From positions 41,537 to 105,536 of the forward strand of contig JBIIAO010000005.1 in NCBI GenBank assembly GCA_044239865.1: 64,000 nt of DNA, given 5' to 3'. Under the pieces are notes generated by a model. The model was not told the origin of the DNA, ran no database searches, and saw only the letters and a list, made by a program, of their open reading frames with translations. This stretch comes from Flavobacteriales bacterium (GTDB lineage Bacteria; Bacteroidota; Bacteroidia; Flavobacteriales_D; Sanyastnellaceae). Positions 56,896 through 64,000 of the stretch are shown here, one piece after another (the stretch's first letter is position 1; each line of letters begins with the position of its first letter). The translations under genes and the position numbers were made by a program.

Positions 56896-58245
56896 ATGGC
56901 AAAGACAAAAACTTCTTTTTTCTGTCAAAGTTGTGGTGCACAAAGTCCAAAGTGGCTGGGTAAATGCCCTTCTTGTAACGAATGGAATACAATAGTGGAA
57001 GAGGTGGTGAATCGCGATTCGAACACTTCGAAAATCCGCATCAAACCCAACGCACAACCGAAATCTATTTCAGATATAGAAATTGAAGAGCGCAAACGTT
57101 TTCCATTAATAGACGGAGAATTAAACAGAGTTTTAGGAGGAGGAATTGTTCCAGGATCACTGATTCTTTTCGGAGGAGAACCAGGAATTGGAAAGTCTAC
57201 GTTGCTTTTGCAAATGGCCCTTCAACAATTAAACTTCACGGTCTTATATGTGTCGGGAGAAGAAAGCGAAGAGCAAATTCAAATGCGCGCGCAGCGTCTA
57301 GGGTTCGACAACCCGCGCTGTATGGTCTTAATGGAAACTTCCGTCGATCAGATTCTTCATCATTTGAATGAAATGAAACCGAACATTGTGGTTATCGACT
57401 CCATTCAAACCCTTCAAAGCGAAAGCGTGGAAAGCGCACCAGGAAGTGTTTCTCAAGTTCGTGAATGCACCTTGCAATTGATGAAGTACGCCAAGGAAAC
57501 GCATACTCCCATATTTCTTATCGGACACATTACGAAGGAAGGAAGCCTCGCTGGTCCGAAAGTGTTGGAGCACATGGTTGATACTGTTTTGCAGTTTGAA
57601 GGAGATCGTCACCACATCTATCGCATTTTACGTTGTCACAAAAACCGTTTCGGTTCAACGCATGAATTGGGTATTTATGAAATGTTAGGTTCTGGATTGA
57701 AGGCGGTAGAAAATCCGAGCGATATTCTTATCGATTCAAGCACCGAGCATCTCAGCGGTTCAGCCATAGCGGCAGCCATGGAAGGCGCACGCCCTATGAT
57801 GATGGAAATACAGGCGCTCGTGAGCACAGCGGTTTATGGCACACCACAGCGAAGCACAACGGGATTCGATTTACGAAGATTGAATATGTTACTTGCCGTA
57901 TTGGAAAAGCGCTGCGGATTTCGTTTGGGAATGAAAGACGTGTTTTTGAATATAGCGGGCGGAATCAAAATCGAGGATCCCGCTTTGGATCTTGCGGTTA
58001 TTTCTGCGATTCTTTCAAGCAACGAAGACATTGCCATTACGCGAAAGGCTTGTTTCTGTGGGGAAGTAGGACTGAGTGGAGAGATTCGTCCCGTTTCAAG
58101 ATTAGATCAACGCATTCAAGAAGCAGCGAAATTGGGATTCGAAAAAATCTACGTTTCTTCCTTCAATAAAATCCAAGCTTCAGCTGCAATTCAAATTATT
58201 AAGGTTGGAAAAGTAGAGGAACTCTTTTCAGAAATATTCGCATAA
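56896..58245 (+). CDS. radA: DNA repair protein RadA
   Basis: Zn finger (CQSCGAQSPKWLGKCPSCNEW), Walker A (GGEPGIGKST), the KNRFG motif and a Lon-like C-terminal domain. Confidence 0.95.
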   Translation: MAKTKTSFFCQSCGAQSPKWLGKCPSCNEWNTIVEEVVNRDSNTSKIRIKPNAQPKSISDIEIEERKRFPLIDGELNRVLGGGIVPGSLILFGGEPGIGKSTLLLQMALQQLNFTVLYVSGEESEEQIQMRAQRLGFDNPRCMVLMETSVDQILHHLNEMKPNIVVIDSIQTLQSESVESAPGSVSQVRECTLQLMKYAKETHTPIFLIGHITKEGSLAGPKVLEHMVDTVLQFEGDRHHIYRILRCHKNRFGSTHELGIYEMLGSGLKAVENPSDILIDSSTEHLSGSAIAAAMEGARPMMMEIQALVSTAVYGTPQRSTTGFDLRRLNMLLAVLEKRCGFRLGMKDVFLNIAGGIKIEDPALDLAVISAILSSNEDIAITRKACFCGEVGLSGEIRPVSRLDQRIQEAAKLGFEKIYVSSFNKIQASAAIQIIKVGKVEELFSEIFA

Positions 58246-58275
58246 AAAAAGCCTCACCGAAGTGAGGCTTTCTTC
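58244..58275. terminator. Bidirectional rho-independent terminator between radA and the convergent brx gene
   Basis: A-run, then stem AAGCCTCAC / GTGAGGCTT with a CGAA tetraloop, then a T-rich tail. Confidence 0.7.
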
Positions 58276-58288
58276 AATAAGAAATCTC

Positions 58289-58702
58289 TTAACAAAACTC
58301 TTCGAACATTCCGTTCAGGTGCGCTGCAATCATGTCTGCTGTGCGACCTTCAATGTGGTGACGCTCGATCATGTGCTGCAATGTTCCGTCTTTGAAAAGA
58401 GCAATACATGGAGAAGACGGAGGGTAAGGTAACATGAATTTTCTAGCCATGTTAACTGCATCTGCGTCTACGCCTGCAAAAGATGAAACCAATTTCGTTG
58501 GTTTCTTTCCTTCTGCTTGAATCGCTTTCTTCACGCCTGGACGCATGCTTCCTGCTGCGCATCCGCACACTGAATTCAAAACCAATAGAACGGTTCCTTC
58601 GGTATTAATTGCAGATGACACGAGGTCAGCAGTTGTAGTTTCTTCAAAGCCAATATTTGTTAATTCTGCACGCATAGGTGCTACTAATTCTGGTGGGTAC
58701 AT
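58289..58702 (-). CDS. BrxA/BrxB (YphP/YqiW) family bacilliredoxin
   Basis: NSVCGCAAG redox motif and an overall close match to my recollection of Bacillus YphP (…FAG…PSSPC/S…HFIPRH-like HMIERHHIEG). Confidence 0.85.
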   Translation of the reverse strand: MYPPELVAPMRAELTNIGFEETTTADLVSSAINTEGTVLLVLNSVCGCAAGSMRPGVKKAIQAEGKKPTKLVSSFAGVDADAVNMARKFMLPYPPSSPCIALFKDGTLQHMIERHHIEGRTADMIAAHLNGMFEEFC

Positions 58703-58756
58703 AATTTATTTTTTTGCAAAGTTACATCAAAGGAACAATCAATTACGTGACCTTGT

Positions 58757-59785
58757 TCACACGACTTCAACACAAATTTCTTTTGCTTCTTGCAGCGTTC
58801 CAATAACGGTGAGTGTTTCGTTGTGAAGCGCACAAAGTGATTTCATTTCATTCAATGAATTTTCATGAAACGTTACAAGCAAACCTCCCGAGGTTTGCGG
58901 GTCGCAGAGCACCAACAATTGCTCGCCGTTCAACGGACTAATTTTGGGTTGAATGTTTTGAAAATTCTTTGTTGTGATATCTGGAAAGACGAATTGCGCA
59001 GCAGATCTCTTTGCCGATTCTAAAATTGGAATTTCTGAATAGTTCAGCACTGCACTGCATGCACTCGCTTCGCACAACTCAATCAAGTGTCCCGCTAATC
59101 CGAATCCTGTTATATCGGTCATCGCATGAACCCCTTCAATCTTCGCGAATTCAGCCCCAATGGAATTCACGTGTTTCATGTGTTGAATGAATTCTGCTTT
59201 TTCTTCTTCAGACAACAACCCGCGCTTTCCGCCTGTAGAAGCGATTCCTAGACCAAGGGGTTTCGTAATGGCAATCAAATCTCCAACTTGAGCACCGTTG
59301 TTCTGCTTCAAATTTTTAATGGGTGCAATGCCGTTCACCGACAAACCAAAGAATGGTTCCGGACTTTCAACACTGTGTCCGCCTGCAATCTGAATGCCCA
59401 CGCTGGCGCATGTTTCCTTCGCTCCACGCATAACTTCTCCAGCTACTTCTGCAGGAAGTTTTTCCAAAGGCCAGCCTAAAATAGCCAGGGCCATAATGGG
59501 CTTACCGCCCATGGCATAGATGTCTGAAAGTGCGTTGGCAGCCGCAATACAACCGAAGTCGTAGGCGTCGTCTACCATGGGCATGAAGAAGTCGGTGGTT
59601 GAAAGCAACGCATCCGTTTCATTCAAGGCATAAGCAGCAGCATCGTCGTTGTTTCCATTTCCAATCAACAGATTTAAATCTACTTGTGAAGCGCCGCAAT
59701 GGGCAAGTATTTTAGACAGTTCAGCTGGAGCAATCTTGCATCCGCATCCAGATGCTTTGCTGAATTGTGTTAAAGGATAATTCAT
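58757..59785 (-). CDS. selD: Selenide, water dikinase (Cys form)
   Basis: LTQFSKASGCGCKIAP N-terminal catalytic loop plus PurM-like fold blocks. Confidence 0.92.
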   Translation of the reverse strand: MNYPLTQFSKASGCGCKIAPAELSKILAHCGASQVDLNLLIGNGNNDDAAAYALNETDALLSTTDFFMPMVDDAYDFGCIAAANALSDIYAMGGKPIMALAILGWPLEKLPAEVAGEVMRGAKETCASVGIQIAGGHSVESPEPFFGLSVNGIAPIKNLKQNNGAQVGDLIAITKPLGLGIASTGGKRGLLSEEEKAEFIQHMKHVNSIGAEFAKIEGVHAMTDITGFGLAGHLIELCEASACSAVLNYSEIPILESAKRSAAQFVFPDITTKNFQNIQPKISPLNGEQLLVLCDPQTSGGLLVTFHENSLNEMKSLCALHNETLTVIGTLQEAKEICVEVV

Positions 59786-60813
59786 GACAAGAGTATTTTT
59801 TTCGCTGCAATGATTTCTGCAGGTGTTGTGTTTTCAGTTATCGGAACTTGAATGGTTTTCGGTTGAACGGCTTGTTTCAAACGCCCCTGTTCATAGGCCT
59901 TGTCGTAGTAATGCATGAGCAATGTCAACCATTCGGTTTTATCACCATTCTCAAGCGCTTCAATGGATTTTTTGTTCGCTTCAAGTCCCATGCGCTTGGT
60001 AAGCAATTGCGTTTTTTCAATGAGTTCGTTGCTTGGAAAACAGCCGTAGTTTTCCATTAAAAAATCAAATCTATTTTCGAAGCTTGGTTGAATTTCAACT
60101 CGAGGAGCAATGACGATTTTGTCGAACAAAGGATCTGGTATTCTTACTTTTCCAATGAGCCGACTCTCGTTTTCGTACCAAACGGGTTGGTCTTTTTTCA
60201 ATTCGAAAAATAAAGCGTGTGCTAATTTATTTTCGAAGTGTTCTTGTGTGGGTTGTGCGAGTTGCCCGAGAGCGCCGAAGGCAGAGCCTTTGTGATGAGC
60301 GAGTCCTTCCAAATCAATGACCGCTTCACCCACTTCATGCAGACCGAATAAACGTTCGGTTTTTTGTGAGCCGGTTTTTCCTGACATGACAATCAGTTTA
60401 TGCGGACGTGTGAATTTTTCTAAACACCAATTGCGGTAACGTTTGTAGCCGTCTTTCAATCTTAGAACTTCTATCCCTTCTTTCGAAAGTAGATCGCTAA
60501 AAATCTGACTTCGCATTCCACCGCGAGCGCAGTAAACCACAATCTTATTTTCTTTGACGTGTTTTTTGGCTTCTGCAATGAGCTGTTCAAACAACGGAGA
60601 CACGAGTTTGTATCCCAGTTCTTCGGCGGAATCTTTTCCTTCTTGTTTGTACGATGTTCCTACGAGAATGCGGTGTTCGTTGTTGAGAATGGGAATATTT
60701 ATGGAGCCGATAATATGCCCAGCCTCAAACTCACCTTCACTTCGAACATCAATCCAATTCAATTCAGAGAATGGAAGTTCGTTGTCTTCTAACGGAAAGA
60801 GGGTGTGACTCAT
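59782..60813 (-). CDS. mnmH: tRNA 2-selenouridine synthase
   Basis: N-terminal rhodanese domain with VVYCARGGMRS and a P-loop-like MSGKTGSQKT. It shares 4-nt overlaps with both rnr and selD. Confidence 0.88.
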   Translation of the reverse strand: MSHTLFPLEDNELPFSELNWIDVRSEGEFEAGHIIGSINIPILNNEHRILVGTSYKQEGKDSAEELGYKLVSPLFEQLIAEAKKHVKENKIVVYCARGGMRSQIFSDLLSKEGIEVLRLKDGYKRYRNWCLEKFTRPHKLIVMSGKTGSQKTERLFGLHEVGEAVIDLEGLAHHKGSAFGALGQLAQPTQEHFENKLAHALFFELKKDQPVWYENESRLIGKVRIPDPLFDKIVIAPRVEIQPSFENRFDFLMENYGCFPSNELIEKTQLLTKRMGLEANKKSIEALENGDKTEWLTLLMHYYDKAYEQGRLKQAVQPKTIQVPITENTTPAEIIAAKKILLS

Positions 60814-62963
60814 TTGTCGACTAAAATATAATCGAGGGTACGTTGATCAATATTTCCATCTACCACCAGAATTTTAATTTGGTCGCCCAATCTAAATTCG
60901 TACTTGCGCTTCAGTCCGCGAACCACGTATTCTTCCGGAGAGAAAGTATATTGGTCGCCTGTCATGGTATCCAATGGAATAAGTCCTTCGCAGCGTGTTT
61001 CGTTCACCTCCGCATACATGCCCCAATTCGCCAAACCAGAAATAGTAGCTTCGAAAATTTGACCTTTGCGTTCAAGCATGTACTCCACTTGCTTGTACTT
61101 GATACTTGCGCGTTCCGCTTCAGCAGCGCGTTTCTCCATAGCTGAAGAGTGCCTGCAATGAAGGGCGTATTCATTTTCATTCACCGGATTTCCTTGATCG
61201 AGATAATGCTGCAAAAGTCTATGCACCATCACGTCTGGGAATCTTCGAATGGGTGAAGTGAAGTGTGTGTAGTAATCGAAAGCCAGTCCGAAGTGACCAA
61301 TGTTCTGTGTGCTGTATTCCGCTTTCGCCATGCTACGAACTGCCATGGTGCGCACAGAGCCCTCTTCGGGTTGTCCGTCTACCAACTGAATAATACTTTT
61401 GATGACGCCCTGTTCTTCCGAAGGATTTGTTCTCGGAAGTTTGTATCCCAGGTGTTTCAAAAAAGTTTTCAATGAAGCAATTTTTTCCGGACTTGGTTCG
61501 TCGTGTATACGATAAACGAATGGAAGTGTAATCCCGTTTTTCGGATGACCTATGAAGTAAGCAACCTCGCGATTTGCAAGCAACATGAAGTCTTCAATCA
61601 ACTGATTCGAATCTTTCATTTTCTTAATGAAAACGCCTACAGGCTTTCCTTTTTCATCGAGTTGAAATTTCACTTCTTCCGAATTGAAATCAATGCTTCC
61701 TGCAGCGTAGCGCTTGGCACGAAGTTTTTTAGCGAGCTGATCGAGGTGAAGGATCTCATCTGCGAAATCTCCGCCTTTTCCTTCAATGCGTTCTTGTGCT
61801 TCTTCGTACGTGAATCTTCTGTCGGAATGAATAACAGTGCGTCCGAACCAACGATTCAAGACATCTCCGTTTTCATTCATTTCAAACACTGCACTGAAAC
61901 ACAACTTGTCTTCATTCGGACGAAGCGAGCAAAGGAAGTTTGAAAGCTTCTCAGGAAGCATAGGAATGGTGCGGTCTACCAAATAAATACTGGTAGCTCG
62001 AAGCGTAGCTTCTTTGTCTATGAGTGAGTTCGGTTGAACGTAATGACTCACGTCTGCAATGTGCACACCGACTTCTAAATTTCCGTTTTCTAATTTGTGA
62101 TACGAAAGTGCATCGTCGAAATCTTTCGCATCGAAAGGATCAATGGTGAAAGTCGGAATGCCGCGCATATCGCGACGTTTCGCAATTTCTTCTTTCGTAA
62201 TTTCTGAAGGAATGGCTTCAGCTTCCAAGTGAACGCTTTCAGGGAATTCGGTTGGAAGGTCGAACTCTAAAATTATCGCGTTCATTTCTACCAAGTGCGA
62301 TCCCGGCTGTCCGAGCACTTGTGTCACTTTTCCGATTGGCTTGTGCTCGGGGTTGTCCCACGAGATCATTTCAACCGCTACTTTATCGTTTTGAATAGCA
62401 CCGTTCAATTCATCTTTCGGAATGAAAAAATCGACATGTATTTTTTTATCGGAAGGAAGGAAGAAGGCGTGTTCTTTGTAACGTTCGATTGTTCCAACGT
62501 ATAATTTTTTTCTTCGTTCAACCACACGAATAATTCTACCTGAAGGTCTTCTTTTTCTTGGTATAAGTTGAATTTCGACCAAGTCGCCATGTAAAGCAAA
62601 TCCGGTACTTCCTTTTTCTATTTCCACATCTACGTCGAGCCCAGGAACGGTGACGTACCCTTTTCCATACCGATTGATTTCAATGTTTCCCAGCACCAAG
62701 TTTTTTGGAGTTTCGGCTAAAACATATCTTCCTCTTTCAGTTTCTTTGAGTGTGCCAGAAGAGGCTTCCTCTTGTAAAATTTCGTAGATAAGTGTGCGAA
62801 CGCCAGCATCTGCAATTCCGAGGGCAGCGCTTACTTGTTTGTGATTCACAGCGGTCTCCGGAGCGCGTTCAAAGAGGTCAATGACTTCCTTTCTTAAGTC
62901 GCGTTTAAAATTTCCGAATTTGTTTTTTTTCTTTACCATAATATTCTTCCGAAAGGTAAACAT
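60810..62963 (-). CDS. rnr: Ribonuclease R
   Basis: 717 aa with cold-shock-like domains, RNB catalytic blocks (TIDPFDAKDFDDAL, YLVDRTIPMLP, SPIRRFPDVMVHR) and a C-terminal S1 domain. An alternative start at 62939 is possible. Confidence 0.94.
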   Translation of the reverse strand: MFTFRKNIMVKKKNKFGNFKRDLRKEVIDLFERAPETAVNHKQVSAALGIADAGVRTLIYEILQEEASSGTLKETERGRYVLAETPKNLVLGNIEINRYGKGYVTVPGLDVDVEIEKGSTGFALHGDLVEIQLIPRKRRPSGRIIRVVERRKKLYVGTIERYKEHAFFLPSDKKIHVDFFIPKDELNGAIQNDKVAVEMISWDNPEHKPIGKVTQVLGQPGSHLVEMNAIILEFDLPTEFPESVHLEAEAIPSEITKEEIAKRRDMRGIPTFTIDPFDAKDFDDALSYHKLENGNLEVGVHIADVSHYVQPNSLIDKEATLRATSIYLVDRTIPMLPEKLSNFLCSLRPNEDKLCFSAVFEMNENGDVLNRWFGRTVIHSDRRFTYEEAQERIEGKGGDFADEILHLDQLAKKLRAKRYAAGSIDFNSEEVKFQLDEKGKPVGVFIKKMKDSNQLIEDFMLLANREVAYFIGHPKNGITLPFVYRIHDEPSPEKIASLKTFLKHLGYKLPRTNPSEEQGVIKSIIQLVDGQPEEGSVRTMAVRSMAKAEYSTQNIGHFGLAFDYYTHFTSPIRRFPDVMVHRLLQHYLDQGNPVNENEYALHCRHSSAMEKRAAEAERASIKYKQVEYMLERKGQIFEATISGLANWGMYAEVNETRCEGLIPLDTMTGDQYTFSPEEYVVRGLKRKYEFRLGDQIKILVVDGNIDQRTLDYILVDK

Positions 62964-62992
62964 TCAAAAATGAAGTTGTGGGTATTTCCTGT

Positions 62993-63000
62993 TATTTTTG
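62993..63000 (+). promoter_or_regulatory. Candidate -7 promoter box (TATTTTTG) for the GNAT gene
   Basis: TAnnTTTG match, 4 nt upstream of the ATG at 63005. Confidence 0.4.
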
Positions 63001-63004
63001 GAAT

Positions 63005-63508
63005 ATGAATAACTCAACGTATAACATGCGCTTGTTGGAACACGATGAATTGAATGTGGTGAAGGCATTGGCACACGACATTTGGCCGCGTGTGTATGAT
63101 TACATGATTTCCCAAGAGCAGATCACTTATATGCTTTCGTTGATGTATGATTTAGATCAATTGAAGCAACAGTGGTTGGAAGGGGTGAAGTTTGTTTTGT
63201 TGGAAGTGGAGGGTATTCCTCAAGGATTTGCTGCATTCGAGGAAAAAGAGAATTTTGTCTTCCTTCACAAGTTGTATTTGCGTCCGGAAATGCAGGGCAA
63301 GGGCTTCGGAAAAAAAATGCTTCAAGTGGTCATTGACTTCGCCAAAGATTCAAAGAAACCGCGCCTAGAACTCACTGTTAATCGCAACAACAAATCGCTT
63401 GAATTTTATTTAGGTAACGGATTTGTGATTAAAGAAGAAAAAGATTTCGACATCGGAGGCGGATACTTCATGAACGATTTCATCCTCTCCCTCCCCCTCA
63501 TCGCGTAG
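63005..63508 (+). CDS. GNAT-family N-acetyltransferase
   Basis: Acetyl-CoA binding loop (RPEMQGKGFGKKML) and a C-terminal YLGNGF. I placed the start at the ATG at 63005. Confidence 0.8.
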   Translation: MNNSTYNMRLLEHDELNVVKALAHDIWPRVYDYMISQEQITYMLSLMYDLDQLKQQWLEGVKFVLLEVEGIPQGFAAFEEKENFVFLHKLYLRPEMQGKGFGKKMLQVVIDFAKDSKKPRLELTVNRNNKSLEFYLGNGFVIKEEKDFDIGGGYFMNDFILSLPLIA

Positions 63509-63509
63509 C

Positions 63510-63718
63510 GTCATCACGAAGTGTCATCCACGCAGTGGTCATCACGAAGTGTCATCCACGCAGTGGTCATCACGCAGTGGTCATCACGCAGTGGTCATCA
63601 CGAAGTGTCATCCACGCAGTGGTCATCACGCAGTGTCATCCACGCAGTGGTCATCCCCTCGGGTCATCACGCAGTGTCATCCACGCAGTGGTCATCACGC
63701 AGTGTCATCCACAAAGTG
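63510..63718. repeat. Intergenic tandem array of about 15 degenerate 13-15-nt units
   Basis: Two unit types are interleaved: GTCATCACG(A/C)AGT(G) and GTCATCCACGCAGTG. One variant unit reads GTCATCCCCTCGG. The array starts 2 nt after the GNAT stop codon. Confidence 0.9.
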
Positions 63719-63803
63719 GTAGATTGTTAACATTATGTTCATATCCAACCCACAGAGCGGTAGTATTTTCGCTGACGAATAACTTCAACCTAAACTTTCA
63801 TTT

Positions 63804-64000
63804 ATGAAACAAAAATCACCTTTTGTTCAATTGTTTAAAGGCCTTTTTCTTTCCATGTTTTTCTTGGCTTTGTCGGCTTCCATGTCGGCTCAGACATATT
63901 TCGATATGTCTGCCGGGAATTATTCTGAACTTTTCACTTCTTGGACGGCTTATCCGACAGAGTGGAACGGTTTGGCAGTTCAAGGAGGTACAACTGCGAT
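63804..64000 (+). CDS. Secreted hypothetical protein, N-terminal fragment (runs off the right edge)
   Basis: The ATG at 63804 gives MKQKSPFVQLFKGLFLSMFFLALSASMSAQTYF..., a clear signal peptide, and the frame stays open to the window end. It is absent from the ORF track because there is no stop in the window. Confidence 0.5.
   Translation, partial: MKQKSPFVQLFKGLFLSMFFLALSASMSAQTYFDMSAGNYSELFTSWTAYPTEWNGLAVQGGTTA

Noticed and set aside
58757-59785. Selenocysteine recoding in selD
   Set aside because: The catalytic loop is encoded as GCGCK with Cys codons, and there is no in-frame TGA.
63510-63718. Possible CRISPR array
   Set aside because: The units are only 13-15 nt and directly abut one another with no unique spacers. 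No cas genes are nearby.
63521-63807. Two overlapping + strand track ORFs (69 and 90 aa) with repetitive HAVVITQWSSRS-like sequence
   Set aside because: They are by-products of the stop-free 13-15-nt tandem repeat. They have no plausible start context, and all three frames are open.
1-64000. Genomic island or mobile element
   Set aside because: I recognised no integrase, transposase, tRNA attachment site, inverted terminal repeats or phage genes. Housekeeping genes are interspersed throughout.

Overview
Densely coding chromosomal segment with about 60 protein genes. I saw no rRNA, tRNA, CRISPR array, transposase or integrase. The lineage looks like Bacteroidota (Flavobacteriia/Cytophagia-like), inferred from T9SS type A and type B C-terminal sorting domains, an exosortase F (XrtF) gene pair, a plug/barrel TonB-dependent receptor and recurrent TAnnTTTG -7 promoter boxes. 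Housekeeping genes are asd, folB, gltX, mfd, lipB, anmK, radA, rnr, selD and mnmH, plus a two-component pair, a MarR/YceI/ABC exporter neighbourhood and several SDR, GNAT and peptidase genes. Five regions stand out. (1) A four-gene minus-strand XrtF operon (20595-22360) opens with a 75-aa mini-protein: signal peptide, Pro/Gly/Cys-rich stub, P-I-D-G-G motif, hydrophobic helix and Lys-rich tail. This is a candidate cognate exosortase-F substrate. The operon is divergent from a Wzc-type tyrosine autokinase with a (YG)11 tail and a tightly packed sugar-modification operon (22461-31296). (2) A TonB-dependent receptor is flanked by secreted lamin-tail-domain (LTD) proteins, one fused to a two-HKD phospholipase-D/nuclease module (37461-44282). 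A further multi-LTD protein lies at the left edge. (3) A 3581-aa T9SS type B surface protein (44512-55257) carries about 25 Ig-like ~97-aa modules and contains a 592-bp perfect intragenic duplication. (4) Immediately downstream is an ECF sigma factor, translationally coupled to a membrane-anchored PKD protein that also carries a T9SS type B sorting domain. (5) A 209-bp array of 13-15-nt tandem repeats lies in an intergenic region (63510-63718). All family assignments come from reading motifs in the translations. No database search was possible.
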